DNA from: a virus
Taxonomy: Duplodnaviria > Caudoviricetes
Length of the DNA stretch: 62,434 bases
Reading direction: 5' to 3' (one strand)
Virus record (IMG/VR): IMGVR_UViG_3300032087_006201
Span: 1 to 62,434 of that record
In this document: positions 49,262-57,309 of the stretch, piece by piece
Position numbering within the stretch: the first letter of the stretch is position 1
How the letters are laid out: every line of letters begins with the position of its first letter
Translations under genes and position numbers: made by a program
The notes under the pieces: model-generated
Database searches by the model: none
What the model was told of the DNA's origin: nothing
Seen by the model: only the letters and a program-made list of their open reading frames with translations

Positions 49262-50574
49262 TATAATATCTTAGCCGCTAGTGTCGCGACTTTTGACCTT
49301 TCTCCGCGACGTAAGGTAACGTGTCCAGATAAATCGTACGATTTAAATTTCTCAACAGCATATGTTAGACCGTTTGAAGCTTTGTCAATATAAGCGTTAT
49401 CAATTTGGTCTATATCGCCAGTTAAGACTATCTTTGTTCCTTCGCCTACACGAGTGATTATAGTCTTTAATTCGTGGCTTGTTAAGTTTTGTGCCTCATC
49501 GATAATGATAAACGCCTTTGAGATTGATCGACCTCTAATGTATGTTAGAGCCTCGATTTCTATCAATCCCCTCTCCATATACATCTCTAACGTGTCTTTG
49601 TCACCACCCATCAAGAATTCTAAATTGTCCTTGATTGGCGCTAGCCAAGGCAACATCTTCTCCTCCATAGTTCCAGGCAAGAAACCAATATCTTTACCCA
49701 TAGGCTGAACAGGGCGAGAAACTATTAATTTATTATATCCACCCCTCTCTTGTCCCAAAGATTGCTCCATACCCGCTGCTATTGCGCACAAAGTCTTGCC
49801 GCAACCAGCTCTACCAACAAGAGAGATTATTGGTATGTCTGGGTTCATAAGAATATCTAGGGCAAACGATTGCTCCTTATTTCTTGCAGTAACTCCCCAA
49901 ACTCCGTCTTTAAAGTCTCTGACCCTAGTTAAAGGTTGGTTTGGGTTGATATATCTAGATAAAGCGCTTTTCTTCTCATTTGCGTTTGAGACGAGCATAA
50001 TAAATTCATTCGGATAAGCTTCAAGTTCTTCTAAAAATACTTGCTCCCCAGCATAGAATTGATCGATAGTTTGATCATCAACTAAGACACTGGTGAATCC
50101 AGAATATAATTCCGAATCTTTGTCGAGGACCTTTTCAGCTTTAAAATCTTCCGTTAGAACGCCCACAGAGTCACATATAACGCGCATATTGACGTCTTTT
50201 GATACGACTATCACCTTGCGCTTAGGATTCTCCCTAGCTTCCGTTAGAGCCGCTCCAATGATTATGTTATCTGCCAAGTTAGGGTTTAAGTCTGATGGGA
50301 GTTCGGTCAGTGGGTGATAACCCTTCACCCTCAATATACCCTTTCCCTTTTCAATACGCACGCCTTTTTGCAAGTTTCCCTTTGCGCGCAAGTCATCAAG
50401 GGTTCGGATAATCTTTCTTGCTTGGGCTCCGACTGTATCTTGTCTTTTCTTGTGCTTGTCAATCTCTTCTAGCACCTTTAAGGGGATAACAATGTCGTTA
50501 TTTCCATATTCGTATATACAATCGGCATCTGTTAAATAAACACTTGTATCAATCACATAATTTTTTTTAGCCAT
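49261..50574 (-). CDS. phoH: PhoH-family ATPase with N-terminal PIN domain (PhoH2/YlaK type)
   Basis: VIDTSV, VLEEID, ADNII, SKDVNMR (PIN); GRAGCGKT, DIGFLPG, YIRGRS, IIDEAQN, LTGDIDQID (PhoH). Confidence 0.95.
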   Translation of the reverse strand: MAKKNYVIDTSVYLTDADCIYEYGNNDIVIPLKVLEEIDKHKKRQDTVGAQARKIIRTLDDLRAKGNLQKGVRIEKGKGILRVKGYHPLTELPSDLNPNLADNIIIGAALTEARENPKRKVIVVSKDVNMRVICDSVGVLTEDFKAEKVLDKDSELYSGFTSVLVDDQTIDQFYAGEQVFLEELEAYPNEFIMLVSNANEKKSALSRYINPNQPLTRVRDFKDGVWGVTARNKEQSFALDILMNPDIPIISLVGRAGCGKTLCAIAAGMEQSLGQERGGYNKLIVSRPVQPMGKDIGFLPGTMEEKMLPWLAPIKDNLEFLMGGDKDTLEMYMERGLIEIEALTYIRGRSISKAFIIIDEAQNLTSHELKTIITRVGEGTKIVLTGDIDQIDNAYIDKASNGLTYAVEKFKSYDLSGHVTLRRGERSKVATLAAKIL

Positions 50575-50593
50575 TAGTTCCTCTTATATTTTA

Positions 50594-51082
50594 TTAGGAT
50601 CCAGATCCAGAGTTCCAGAAATCAGCATCCACTTCTGTTACTGTACTTCCGCTAACATTTAATTTAACTATCTCCAATGCTCCGTCCTTTATCTTCAATT
50701 TATAAAGGTTGTCATCTTCATCTTTTATTTGTGTTAAGTTTAGGATATCTATTTTTGCTTGTGCTACATATTCTGTGTAATCTTGTGGCATTCGAAATTG
50801 AATTAAATCATTATTATGCTCATCAGTTATGACGACCAAACCATCATACTGGTCATCGTTAGTATCGACTACCTTTGTGCCAGACCCTGATTGAATAATT
50901 GTCACATCTGGGCAATTTCCAGAACCTGAATTTATTACTGTCACATCTGGACAATTTACATTGATGCTCGGGGCGCCAACAGTTGGGGATAAGCCAACGG
51001 CTCCATTTTCCTTTTTTGCAGCTGCTGGGGTGTATTCCGGAGGAGGATTAGCGGGAACAAAAGTGTCGTACTTAGATCTCAT
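50594..51082 (-). CDS. Hypothetical protein with CPDVT..SGSG tandem repeat
   Basis: 162-aa ORF, AGAGGA SD; internal 13-aa duplication. Confidence 0.65.
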   Translation of the reverse strand: MRSKYDTFVPANPPPEYTPAAAKKENGAVGLSPTVGAPSINVNCPDVTVINSGSGNCPDVTIIQSGSGTKVVDTNDDQYDGLVVITDEHNNDLIQFRMPQDYTEYVAQAKIDILNLTQIKDEDDNLYKLKIKDGALEIVKLNVSGSTVTEVDADFWNSGSGS

Positions 51083-51084
51083 AA

Positions 51085-51495
51085 TTAATCCTCTTTTTCA
51101 ACAGCCTTTTTTCTAGTATTTCTTTTTTTTCTAGCTTGTTTTTCTTTTGTTGCCTTTTGAAGCTTCTCGTTCATCTCTTCTAGCGGCACTGGCTTACCAA
51201 CTGGGAAGACCGCCTTCACTCTGTGGTCGTCTTCGATCAAGTGAGCTTCAATGAGTTCTGAAACTAATTTAATGTTTTCGTGATATTCTTCAACATATTT
51301 TAGATACTCTTCCACGCCGGCTTTTGCAGTGTTGTTGTTACCCTCTAAAACATTCTTGCTTATTTCTACAATATAATCTTTACCAGCTCTTTCGAAATTA
51401 GCCAAAGATAGAGCAAGAAAGCTTTGAATTATCTTTCTTCTGTCCTCTGCGCGCACTACAAGTGAAATTTTTCGATATTCAAATAGATCTTCCAC
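51085..51495 (-). CDS. Hypothetical protein
   Basis: 136-aa ORF, GTG start with GAGG SD, preceded by ACTAGTTA motif at 51526-51533. Confidence 0.65.
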   Translation of the reverse strand: MEDLFEYRKISLVVRAEDRRKIIQSFLALSLANFERAGKDYIVEISKNVLEGNNNTAKAGVEEYLKYVEEYHENIKLVSELIEAHLIEDDHRVKAVFPVGKPVPLEEMNEKLQKATKEKQARKKRNTRKKAVEKED

Positions 51496-51555
51496 GTTAA
51501 ACCTCGATCAAGCAAATCTATAACATAACTAGTCTCGCTGCTTCCTTTTAAATCT

Positions 51556-51589
51556 AAAAAAGAAAAGGGGGGTGCCGAAGCACCCCCCC
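51556..51589 (-). terminator. Rho-independent terminator
   Basis: Minus strand GGGGGGTGC-TTCG-GCACCCCCC followed by TTTTCTTTTTT, just after the fibre gene stop. Confidence 0.92.
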
Positions 51590-51624
51590 CGTCAATCCCC
51601 TAAGGGATTAACATTCTTTTACCA

Positions 51625-53553
51625 CTAAGGCTTGATCTCGAAGAGGACTTCGACGTTACCGTCGGAGTTCTTCTCCATCTTCATCATTGGCATACCGGCA
51701 CCGAAGTGCATTTGGGCAGCCTTGTTGGTGTAATCGGCGACGACGTATAGACCGGAGTCTAGACGGGCGTCATAAGCGCCGATACGGGTGTCGATGGAAG
51801 CATCGGCAGCCTTGTAAGCAACGTCGAGAGCGGAGTCGTCAGCAGCGCGCTTGGCTTCCTCAGCAGCGAGACGTGTTTCGAGAGAGCTGTCAGCAGCGGC
51901 GCGAGCAGACTCTTCGGCACCAACGCGGGTGTCGAGGGAGCTGACGTCGGCGTTTGTATCAGCGATCTCAGCAGCAACGCGGGAGTCAATGGAAGCAACT
52001 AGGGCTGTCACTGTACCAGCGTAATCAGCGTCGTCACCGATGGCGGCAGCTAGCTCGTTGAGTGTGTCGAGAGCGCCTGGGGCACCGTCGATTAGGTCGG
52101 AGATAGCAGCGTCGGTGTAAGCCTTGAGGGCAACGTCGAGGGAGCTATCAGCAGCCATACGAGCAGACTCTTCATCGGAGATTGCGGTGTCAAGGGAGCT
52201 GATATCGTTATTGACAGAAGTGGCGAAAGCAGCAAGTTGAGCTTCGTCAGCAGCAACGCGGACATCAAGGGAAGAAACCTTGGCAGCGCGACCAGACTCT
52301 TCGGCAGCTAGACGTGTCTCTAGGGAAGAATCAGCAGCGGCACGAGCGGACTCTTCGGCACCAACACGAGTGTCGATGGAAGCGTCAGCAGCCTTGTAGG
52401 CAGCGTCTAGGGCAGAGTCGCCAGCAGCACGGGCGGATTCCTCAGCAGCAACGCGAACGTCGAGAGAAGAAACGTCTGTGTTTGTAGCAGCGATCTCAGC
52501 GGCTAGGGCTGTATCGATGGAAGAGACGTCAGCGGCACGGGCGACTTCTTCGGCAGCGACGCGGACGTCGAGGGAAGAAACCTTGGAACCACGGAGGGAC
52601 TCTTCGGCGGCAACGCGGACGTCGATAGAAGAAACATCAGCGTTTGTGGCGGCGATTTCAGCGGCAAGAGCAGCTTCGTCGGCGGCAACACGAACATCAA
52701 GGGAAGAAACGTCAGCAGCGCGACCGGATTCTTCGGCAGCGAGACGGGTTTCGAGAGAAGCGTCGGCGTTAGCACGAGCAGACTCTTCGGCACCGACGCG
52801 AGTGTCGATGGAAGCGTCAGCAGCTTCGAATAGACCCTTAAGGGTGTTGTAGGCATCGGCGTCGTTTTGGATAGCGGCAGCGAGTTCCTTCAAGGTATCA
52901 AGATCGGCAGGAGCGGAATCGATGAGAGCAGCGATATCAGCGTCGATCTTGGTTTCGAGGGAGGTATCAGCAGCAGCACGAGCTTGCTCTTCGGCAAGAA
53001 CGCGAGCGTCGATGGAGGCACGCTTGGTGCTGGAAAGGGATTCCTCAGCGGCAAGACGTGTTTCAAGGGAGCTGTCAGCAGCAGCGCGGGCAGCCTCTTC
53101 GACACCCATACGAGTATCGACGGAAGCAACGTCGGCGTTTGTGGCAGCAATTTCAGCAGCAAGAGCTGTGTCGATAGAGGCGACATCAGCGTTGGTGGCA
53201 GCGACTTCGGCAGCGAGAGCAGCTTCGTCAGCAGCCATACGTACGTCTAGGGAAGAGACGTCAGAGTTTGTGGCAGCGATTTCAGCAGCGAGAGCGGCTT
53301 CGTCGGCAGCAACACGAGAATCTAGGGAAGCGAACTTACCAAGATTAGCGGTCTCCTCTTCTTCCATACGAGTTTCGAGAGAACCCTCAGCAGTACCACC
53401 AGCGGCAACGAGACCAGCTAGGGCAGCATCGAGATCACCCTCGGCAATGCTGAAGCTACCAGAGGCAGAAACAGCAGAGACTGTTAGTTCGCCGGATAGA
53501 TCACCGGCTTCAAGATTGTGTCCCATAAGGACATTCTTAAGAGAAATAGCCAT
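51625..53553 (-). CDS. Ala-rich coiled-coil fibre protein (tail/head fibre-like)
   Basis: Two copies of the phage fibre motif (LIDSAPADLDTLKELAAAI, LIDGAPGALDTLNELAAAIGDD); many 18- and 11-residue repeats; likely ATG at 53553 after AAGGA. Confidence 0.7.
   Translation of the reverse strand: MAISLKNVLMGHNLEAGDLSGELTVSAVSASGSFSIAEGDLDAALAGLVAAGGTAEGSLETRMEEEETANLGKFASLDSRVAADEAALAAEIAATNSDVSSLDVRMAADEAALAAEVAATNADVASIDTALAAEIAATNADVASVDTRMGVEEAARAAADSSLETRLAAEESLSSTKRASIDARVLAEEQARAAADTSLETKIDADIAALIDSAPADLDTLKELAAAIQNDADAYNTLKGLFEAADASIDTRVGAEESARANADASLETRLAAEESGRAADVSSLDVRVAADEAALAAEIAATNADVSSIDVRVAAEESLRGSKVSSLDVRVAAEEVARAADVSSIDTALAAEIAATNTDVSSLDVRVAAEESARAAGDSALDAAYKAADASIDTRVGAEESARAAADSSLETRLAAEESGRAAKVSSLDVRVAADEAQLAAFATSVNNDISSLDTAISDEESARMAADSSLDVALKAYTDAAISDLIDGAPGALDTLNELAAAIGDDADYAGTVTALVASIDSRVAAEIADTNADVSSLDTRVGAEESARAAADSSLETRLAAEEAKRAADDSALDVAYKAADASIDTRIGAYDARLDSGLYVVADYTNKAAQMHFGAGMPMMKMEKNSDGNVEVLFEIKP
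51760..53340 (-). repeat. Degenerate coding tandem repeats (about 54 bp and 33 bp units)
   Basis: Recurring units such as AAEESARAAADSSLETRL, AAEIAATNADVSSLDVRV and YKAADASIDTR. Confidence 0.8.
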
Positions 53554-53587
53554 TATTAATTTTTTCCTTTCAAGAAAAAAGACAAAA

Positions 53588-53640
53588 ACAGCGATTCGTG
53601 CCCCCACAAGGGAAGACACTCGTCGCTGTCGTTACATAGT
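53588..53640 (-). promoter_or_regulatory. Late-promoter-like motif (ACTATGTA) followed by a structured 5' leader hairpin
   Basis: ACAGCGA...TCGCTGT outer stem with GTGTCTTC/GGGGGCAC inner stem at 53588-53629; motif variant at 53633-53640. Confidence 0.5.
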
Positions 53641-53699
53641 TTTTCTATAATGTTTTAGTAGGAAAAATCCCTTAACTTTTTGTAAAAAAAATGTTAGAA

Positions 53700-54221
53700 T
53701 TAAAAATTTGATTTCTCATATTGATTTGTGGCTTCATAAAGTATAATGTTAGCAGCCTGAGCGGTATTCAAACAGAACCCCAAGCCTGGCATAGGTATAT
53801 AAACCACATCGCTATTAACTAGCAACTCTACTGGAACACCTGTTGTTTCGTGACCTGCGATAACGCACACTTTTGAAGTAAAATCAAATTTATATTCTTG
53901 CACTGGAACAGCATCGGTGTCCAGCTCGGCTGATACTAGCTTTAAGCCGCAATTGCGTGAGTATTCTAGAAACTCTTTTGGGGTGGAAAACTGCCTAAGA
54001 TTGACATAATCTGCCGTGCTCCCACTGAGTTGGTTCAAAACCCTACGAGAGGGGATCGATCCAATTACATTAATGGTGGTAATACCAAAACAAGCAGCTG
54101 CCCTGATTAGATAGGCTAGATTCACTTCGTGCTGAAAATTAACTGTTGCTAGCTCGATTGGGTATTTTTTAGCAGTTGAGAGCTTACTGTCGTATCGATC
54201 TCGCCTGGTTTCTCCTCGCAA
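53700..54221 (-). CDS. SpoU/TrmH-family (SPOUT) RNA 2'-O-methyltransferase
   Basis: NLAYLIRAAACFG, IAGHETTGVP, VYIPMPG...LNTAQAANIILYE. Confidence 0.88.
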   Translation of the reverse strand: MRGETRRDRYDSKLSTAKKYPIELATVNFQHEVNLAYLIRAAACFGITTINVIGSIPSRRVLNQLSGSTADYVNLRQFSTPKEFLEYSRNCGLKLVSAELDTDAVPVQEYKFDFTSKVCVIAGHETTGVPVELLVNSDVVYIPMPGLGFCLNTAQAANIILYEATNQYEKSNF

Positions 54222-54222
54222 C

Positions 54223-54555
54223 TTAATACTCTCTTCTCTCAGCGTGTCCTTGTTCTACCAAAAGATCGTTGATATTAGTATCTTCAACCCACAGAACTCC
54301 GATATATCGCCCATACTTGCCCTTCTTGTCTTTAAAGGTTTGGATGACGATATCCTTATTAAGAACTTTGTCTTTTAGGAATTCACGAGCTGCGATTCCT
54401 TTGACTTTTTCTTCGATAGAGCCGCGCAGCTCTGGTGTGTCGATTCCTTTTAGACGAACTTTGATCTTGGAGGAGATTCCAAACCCCAAATCAACCAGGG
54501 CTGTTACTGTATCTCCGTCATACACACTGATAATTTTGGCTCTGTAAGTATACAT
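54223..54555 (-). CDS. Thermonuclease (staphylococcal nuclease-like)
   Basis: VYDGDT, VRLKGIDTPE, GKYGRYIG, INDLLVEQGHA. Confidence 0.9.
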   Translation of the reverse strand: MYTYRAKIISVYDGDTVTALVDLGFGISSKIKVRLKGIDTPELRGSIEEKVKGIAAREFLKDKVLNKDIVIQTFKDKKGKYGRYIGVLWVEDTNINDLLVEQGHAERREY

Positions 54556-54858
54556 TTAACTGAAATGTTGTGTAAAGTTAATATCATATCCAGCATCATT
54601 AAGCGCTTTTTGGTGGTCTAGACCGCCCTTGTATGATCCTGGTAGTTCGAGAAAGCTTTTAATTTTTCCTGACTCATCTGAACCAAAGATAAAAGTTTCT
54701 CCAATTTGCTCTTCATAGTTGTTCGAAGCATCCCTGGCTGCTGAGACTACGACGTATTCATAGCCAACTAGGGGCTCTGATAGCTTATACAGACAAGCTA
54801 CCCCTTTTGCTTCCTTGATACTTTTTACTGCAACTGCACTCTTTCTCATATCAATCAA
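54556..54858 (-). CDS. Hypothetical protein
   Basis: 100-aa ORF, AGGAG SD just downstream of tRNA-Thr. Confidence 0.65.
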   Translation of the reverse strand: MIDMRKSAVAVKSIKEAKGVACLYKLSEPLVGYEYVVVSAARDASNNYEEQIGETFIFGSDESGKIKSFLELPGSYKGGLDHQKALNDAGYDINFTQHFS

Positions 54859-54871
54859 AATTATTCTCCTA

Positions 54872-54947
54872 TGGAGCCTCCGGACGGAGTCGAACCGACG
54901 ACCTACTGATTACAAATCAGTTGCTCTACCAACTGAGCTACGGAGGC
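54872..54947 (-). tRNA. tRNA-Thr(UGU), CCA encoded
   Basis: GCCTCCG acceptor; ACTGA-TT-TGT-AA-TCAGT anticodon arm; GTTCGAC T-loop. Confidence 0.95.
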
Positions 54948-54953
54948 GTTCCA

Positions 54954-55427
54954 TTACTTAATTTCTAGCGTACCCAGATCTGTGGTGACCAATGCTTTCC
55001 AGCCGGTGAGCATCCACTCCTCTGCCCTCACAACATCGTTATAGGGCACCATCACCTCTGCAATACAGGTGGCATATCCACGCTTATGATCATACTCCTC
55101 GGTTGAGAAGCTCAGCCAGTCACACTCATTCCAAAACTCGCTGATAATACTCTTGACTAGATCGGTATTGATCTCTTCCTCTTCATACCCCTCAAAATAC
55201 CCGTCTTCCCTCATCGTCTGGATGATTGGCGTTTTACTCCAACGGGTATGACTACTTGGAATATTGGTAGCTAGGTTAGCTAGGCTTGAAGCGACCGTAG
55301 TATCTTCAATCACATCATCATAATAATTGCCTGTGTAATGCATTACATCTAGACCATCTTCATAGATGAGAGTGACTTCTTCGGTCTCAGACAAACCAAT
55401 CTTTCTAAGCTTTTCCAGTAGTGACAT
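54954..55427 (-). CDS. Hypothetical acidic protein
   Basis: 157-aa ORF with AAGGA SD between tRNAs. Confidence 0.7.
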   Translation of the reverse strand: MSLLEKLRKIGLSETEEVTLIYEDGLDVMHYTGNYYDDVIEDTTVASSLANLATNIPSSHTRWSKTPIIQTMREDGYFEGYEEEEINTDLVKSIISEFWNECDWLSFSTEEYDHKRGYATCIAEVMVPYNDVVRAEEWMLTGWKALVTTDLGTLEIK

Positions 55428-55451
55428 TTTTCTTCCTTTTAATATGTTTAG

Positions 55452-55523
55452 TACCCTCTAGGGGAATCGAACCCCTGCTACCGCGGTGAAAACGCAGCGT
55501 TCTAACCGTTAAACTAAGAGGGC
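55452..55523 (-). tRNA. tRNA-Glu(UUC), no encoded CCA
   Basis: GCCCTCT/AGAGGGT acceptor; CTGCG-TT-TTC-AC-CGCGG; GTTCGAT T-loop. Confidence 0.9.
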
Positions 55524-55527
55524 TTAA

Positions 55528-55600
55528 CTCCGACAGCAGGACTCGAACCTGCGACCCAGTGGTTAACAGCCACTTGCTCTACCAACTGAGCTATATCGGA
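55528..55600 (-). tRNA. tRNA-Asn(GUU), no encoded CCA
   Basis: TCCGATA acceptor; AGTGG-CT-GTT-AA-CCACT; G discriminator. Confidence 0.93.
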
Positions 55601-55605
55601 TCATT

Positions 55606-55690
55606 TGGTACCGATGGCGAGAATCGAACTCGCACGCCATAAGGCAACGGATTTTGAGTCCGTCGTGTCTACCTATTCCACCACATCGGC
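55606..55690 (-). tRNA. tRNA-Leu(CAA), CCA encoded
   Basis: ACGGA-CT-CAA-AA-TCCGT; long variable arm; A discriminator. Confidence 0.95.
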
Positions 55691-55701
55691 TCACAAGTAT
55701 T

Positions 55702-55730
55702 ATAATAGCTCATATCGGACCCCCTGTCAA
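55702..55730 (-). promoter_or_regulatory. Sigma70-type promoter for the Leu-Asn-Glu tRNA block
   Basis: TTGACA (55725-55730), 17-bp spacer, TATTAT (55702-55707), A/T tract upstream. Confidence 0.8.
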
Positions 55731-55760
55731 ATAAAAAAATAAAGAGACATCAGTGACGCC
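55731..55760 (-). terminator. Possible intrinsic terminator downstream of clpP
   Basis: Minus strand GGCGTC-ACT-GATGTC (with G-U pairs) followed by TCTTTATTTTTTT; weak stem. Confidence 0.35.
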
Positions 55761-55886
55761 ATGCCTCCCTGTGCGAGAAGTAAAAGCCTTGCCAAGGTAG
55801 GGGGTGGGGGGTTGGACAGAGACTTTAAAACTTCTAAGCCGGTTGGGATACCAGCTTTTAGAGTGTATTATATTTTTTGGAAATTG

Positions 55887-56492
55887 TTAAATGATTTCGT
55901 CTACTAATCCGTAATCTAGGCACGTTTTCGCATCCCACCAAATATCCCTTTTAAGGATGTCTTTAAGCTCGTTTCGTGGAATCCTGGTGTGCTCTTCGTA
56001 TATGCCAATGATTGTGTCCATAAGTAGTTCGCTATTCTTCATATCGTCCTTCATTTCCTCAAACTTTCCCCACATTGATGAAGAGATTTGATGAATAAGC
56101 ATAAAGGCGTGCTTATGCATAACACGATGGTGTCCAACGACACTCATAATAGTGGCAGCAGACGCCGCACAGCCATCAATAACAGTTGTAACTGGCACCT
56201 TGCTGTTAAGGATATAATCTACGGATGACATACCAGCAAATACACTTCCACCAAAAGAATTGATGTGGAGAAAGATTCTGCCAGGCTCTACTTGTAGAGA
56301 TTGACCTCTATTGTAGAGAGTGTTTCCTAGGGTTACAAGATTTTTATTTAGTTCTAGGTTTTTGGGGCGACTGACTTCGGAATAAAAATAAATTCTGTTT
56401 CTGCCAACTTGAACCTTATTGTTCTCAGAACTTCCAGCAGCATCCTCTGAGCCTGCTCTACTCTCCCATAGGAGACCTTCGTTTTGCATCAT
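55887..56492 (-). CDS. clpP: ClpP-like serine protease (S14)
   Basis: LHINSFGGSV, GCAASAAT (Ser), MLIHQ (His), RDIWW..A...YGLVDEI; ATG at 56492 after AGAGGA (track start overlaps a tRNA). Confidence 0.85.
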   Translation of the reverse strand: MMQNEGLLWESRAGSEDAAGSSENNKVQVGRNRIYFYSEVSRPKNLELNKNLVTLGNTLYNRGQSLQVEPGRIFLHINSFGGSVFAGMSSVDYILNSKVPVTTVIDGCAASAATIMSVVGHHRVMHKHAFMLIHQISSSMWGKFEEMKDDMKNSELLMDTIIGIYEEHTRIPRNELKDILKRDIWWDAKTCLDYGLVDEII

Positions 56493-56517
56493 TTTTAAAA
56501 ATCCTCTTGTTGCTAAA

Positions 56518-56594
56518 TGGCACACCCTACTGGGCTCGAACCAGTGACCTACGGTTTAGAAGACCGTTGCTCTATCCAACTGAGCTAAGGGTGC
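56518..56594 (-). tRNA. tRNA-Arg(UCU), CCA encoded
   Basis: GCACCCT acceptor; ACGGT-CT-TCT-AA-ACCGT. Confidence 0.95.
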
Positions 56595-56597
56595 CTG

Positions 56598-56673
56598 TGG
56601 TTGGGCAGACGGGATTTGAACCCGCGACCGGTGCTTTATAAGAACACTACTCTTACCCCTGAGTTACTGCCCA
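56598..56673 (-). tRNA. tRNA-Ile(UAU), CCA encoded
   Basis: TGGGCAG/CTGCCCA acceptor; GTGTT-CT-TAT-AA-AGCAC; GTTCAAAT T-loop; A discriminator. Confidence 0.88.
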
Positions 56674-56678
56674 TTAAG

Positions 56679-56753
56679 TCGGGGCGGTAGGATTCGAACC
56701 TACGACCCCCTGCTCCCAAAGCAGGTGCGCTAACCAGACTGCGCTACGCCCCG
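56679..56753 (-). tRNA. tRNA-Pro(UGG), no encoded CCA
   Basis: CGGGGCG acceptor; CCTGC-TT-TGG-GA-GCAGG. Confidence 0.95.
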
Positions 56754-56767
56754 AAAATTATATTAAT

Positions 56768-56796
56768 ATATTACTGTACCGCTCCGTGGATGTCAA
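56768..56796 (-). promoter_or_regulatory. Sigma70-type promoter for the Pro-Ile-Arg tRNA block, embedded in the HNH gene 3' end
   Basis: TTGACA (56791-56796), 17-bp spacer, TAATAT (56768-56773). Confidence 0.7.
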
Positions 56797-57289
56797 GGTA
56801 ATTTTTCCACTTTTTATTAATATTGCCAGATCTCTTTTTCAGAACTTTTAGATTTGATAGGGGTCTTGGCTTTTTCAAGAGCTTCATGCCAGCTTCTTCT
56901 GGCGTCCTATTGCCCTTCTTTTGATTGCAACCCTTGCAAGAACAAACTATGTTTTCCCAACTCTTCTCGCCTCCACGAGACCTTGGGATAACGTGATCCA
57001 TATTTAATTCTTCAACTGGAAATTTTTTATAGCAGTATTGGCAGGTGAAGTCATCACGGAAGATGATGTTTTTTCTAGTGCAGCTCGGTCTTAAAAAGCT
57101 GAAATCTACAAATCTTCTTAAAGCTATGACCGAGGGGAGTTGAAATATTTCCCTGGCAGAATGCACGTACGTTTCATAAAGCTCGACAGCATATGCTTTT
57201 TCGGTTATGACCAATGTAAGTGCATCCCGCCAGGATACAATACCTACGGGCTTATAAGATGAATCTAATTTTAGAGTCATTAACTCCAT
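56771..57289 (-). CDS. HNH endonuclease (McrA-like)
   Basis: RDDFTCQYC, DHVIPRSRGG, WENIVCSCKGCNQKKG. Confidence 0.93.
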   Translation of the reverse strand: MELMTLKLDSSYKPVGIVSWRDALTLVITEKAYAVELYETYVHSAREIFQLPSVIALRRFVDFSFLRPSCTRKNIIFRDDFTCQYCYKKFPVEELNMDHVIPRSRGGEKSWENIVCSCKGCNQKKGNRTPEEAGMKLLKKPRPLSNLKVLKKRSGNINKKWKNYLDIHGAVQ

Positions 57290-57309
57290 ACGTTATTAAC
57301 TAGTATGTT

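Noticed and set aside
51760-53340. Repeats resembling a CRISPR array or DGR template
   Set aside because: Units are in-frame, degenerate at synonymous positions and have no unique spacers; no reverse transcriptase or cas operon in the window
52478-53650. Long antisense Ala/Ser/Arg-rich ORFs over the fibre gene
   Set aside because: Expected by-product of repetitive GCN/TCN/CGN codon usage, which removes antisense stops
56493-56525. Track start of the ClpP ORF at 56525
   Set aside because: Overlaps the tRNA-Arg 3' end; the ATG at 56492 has a good SD
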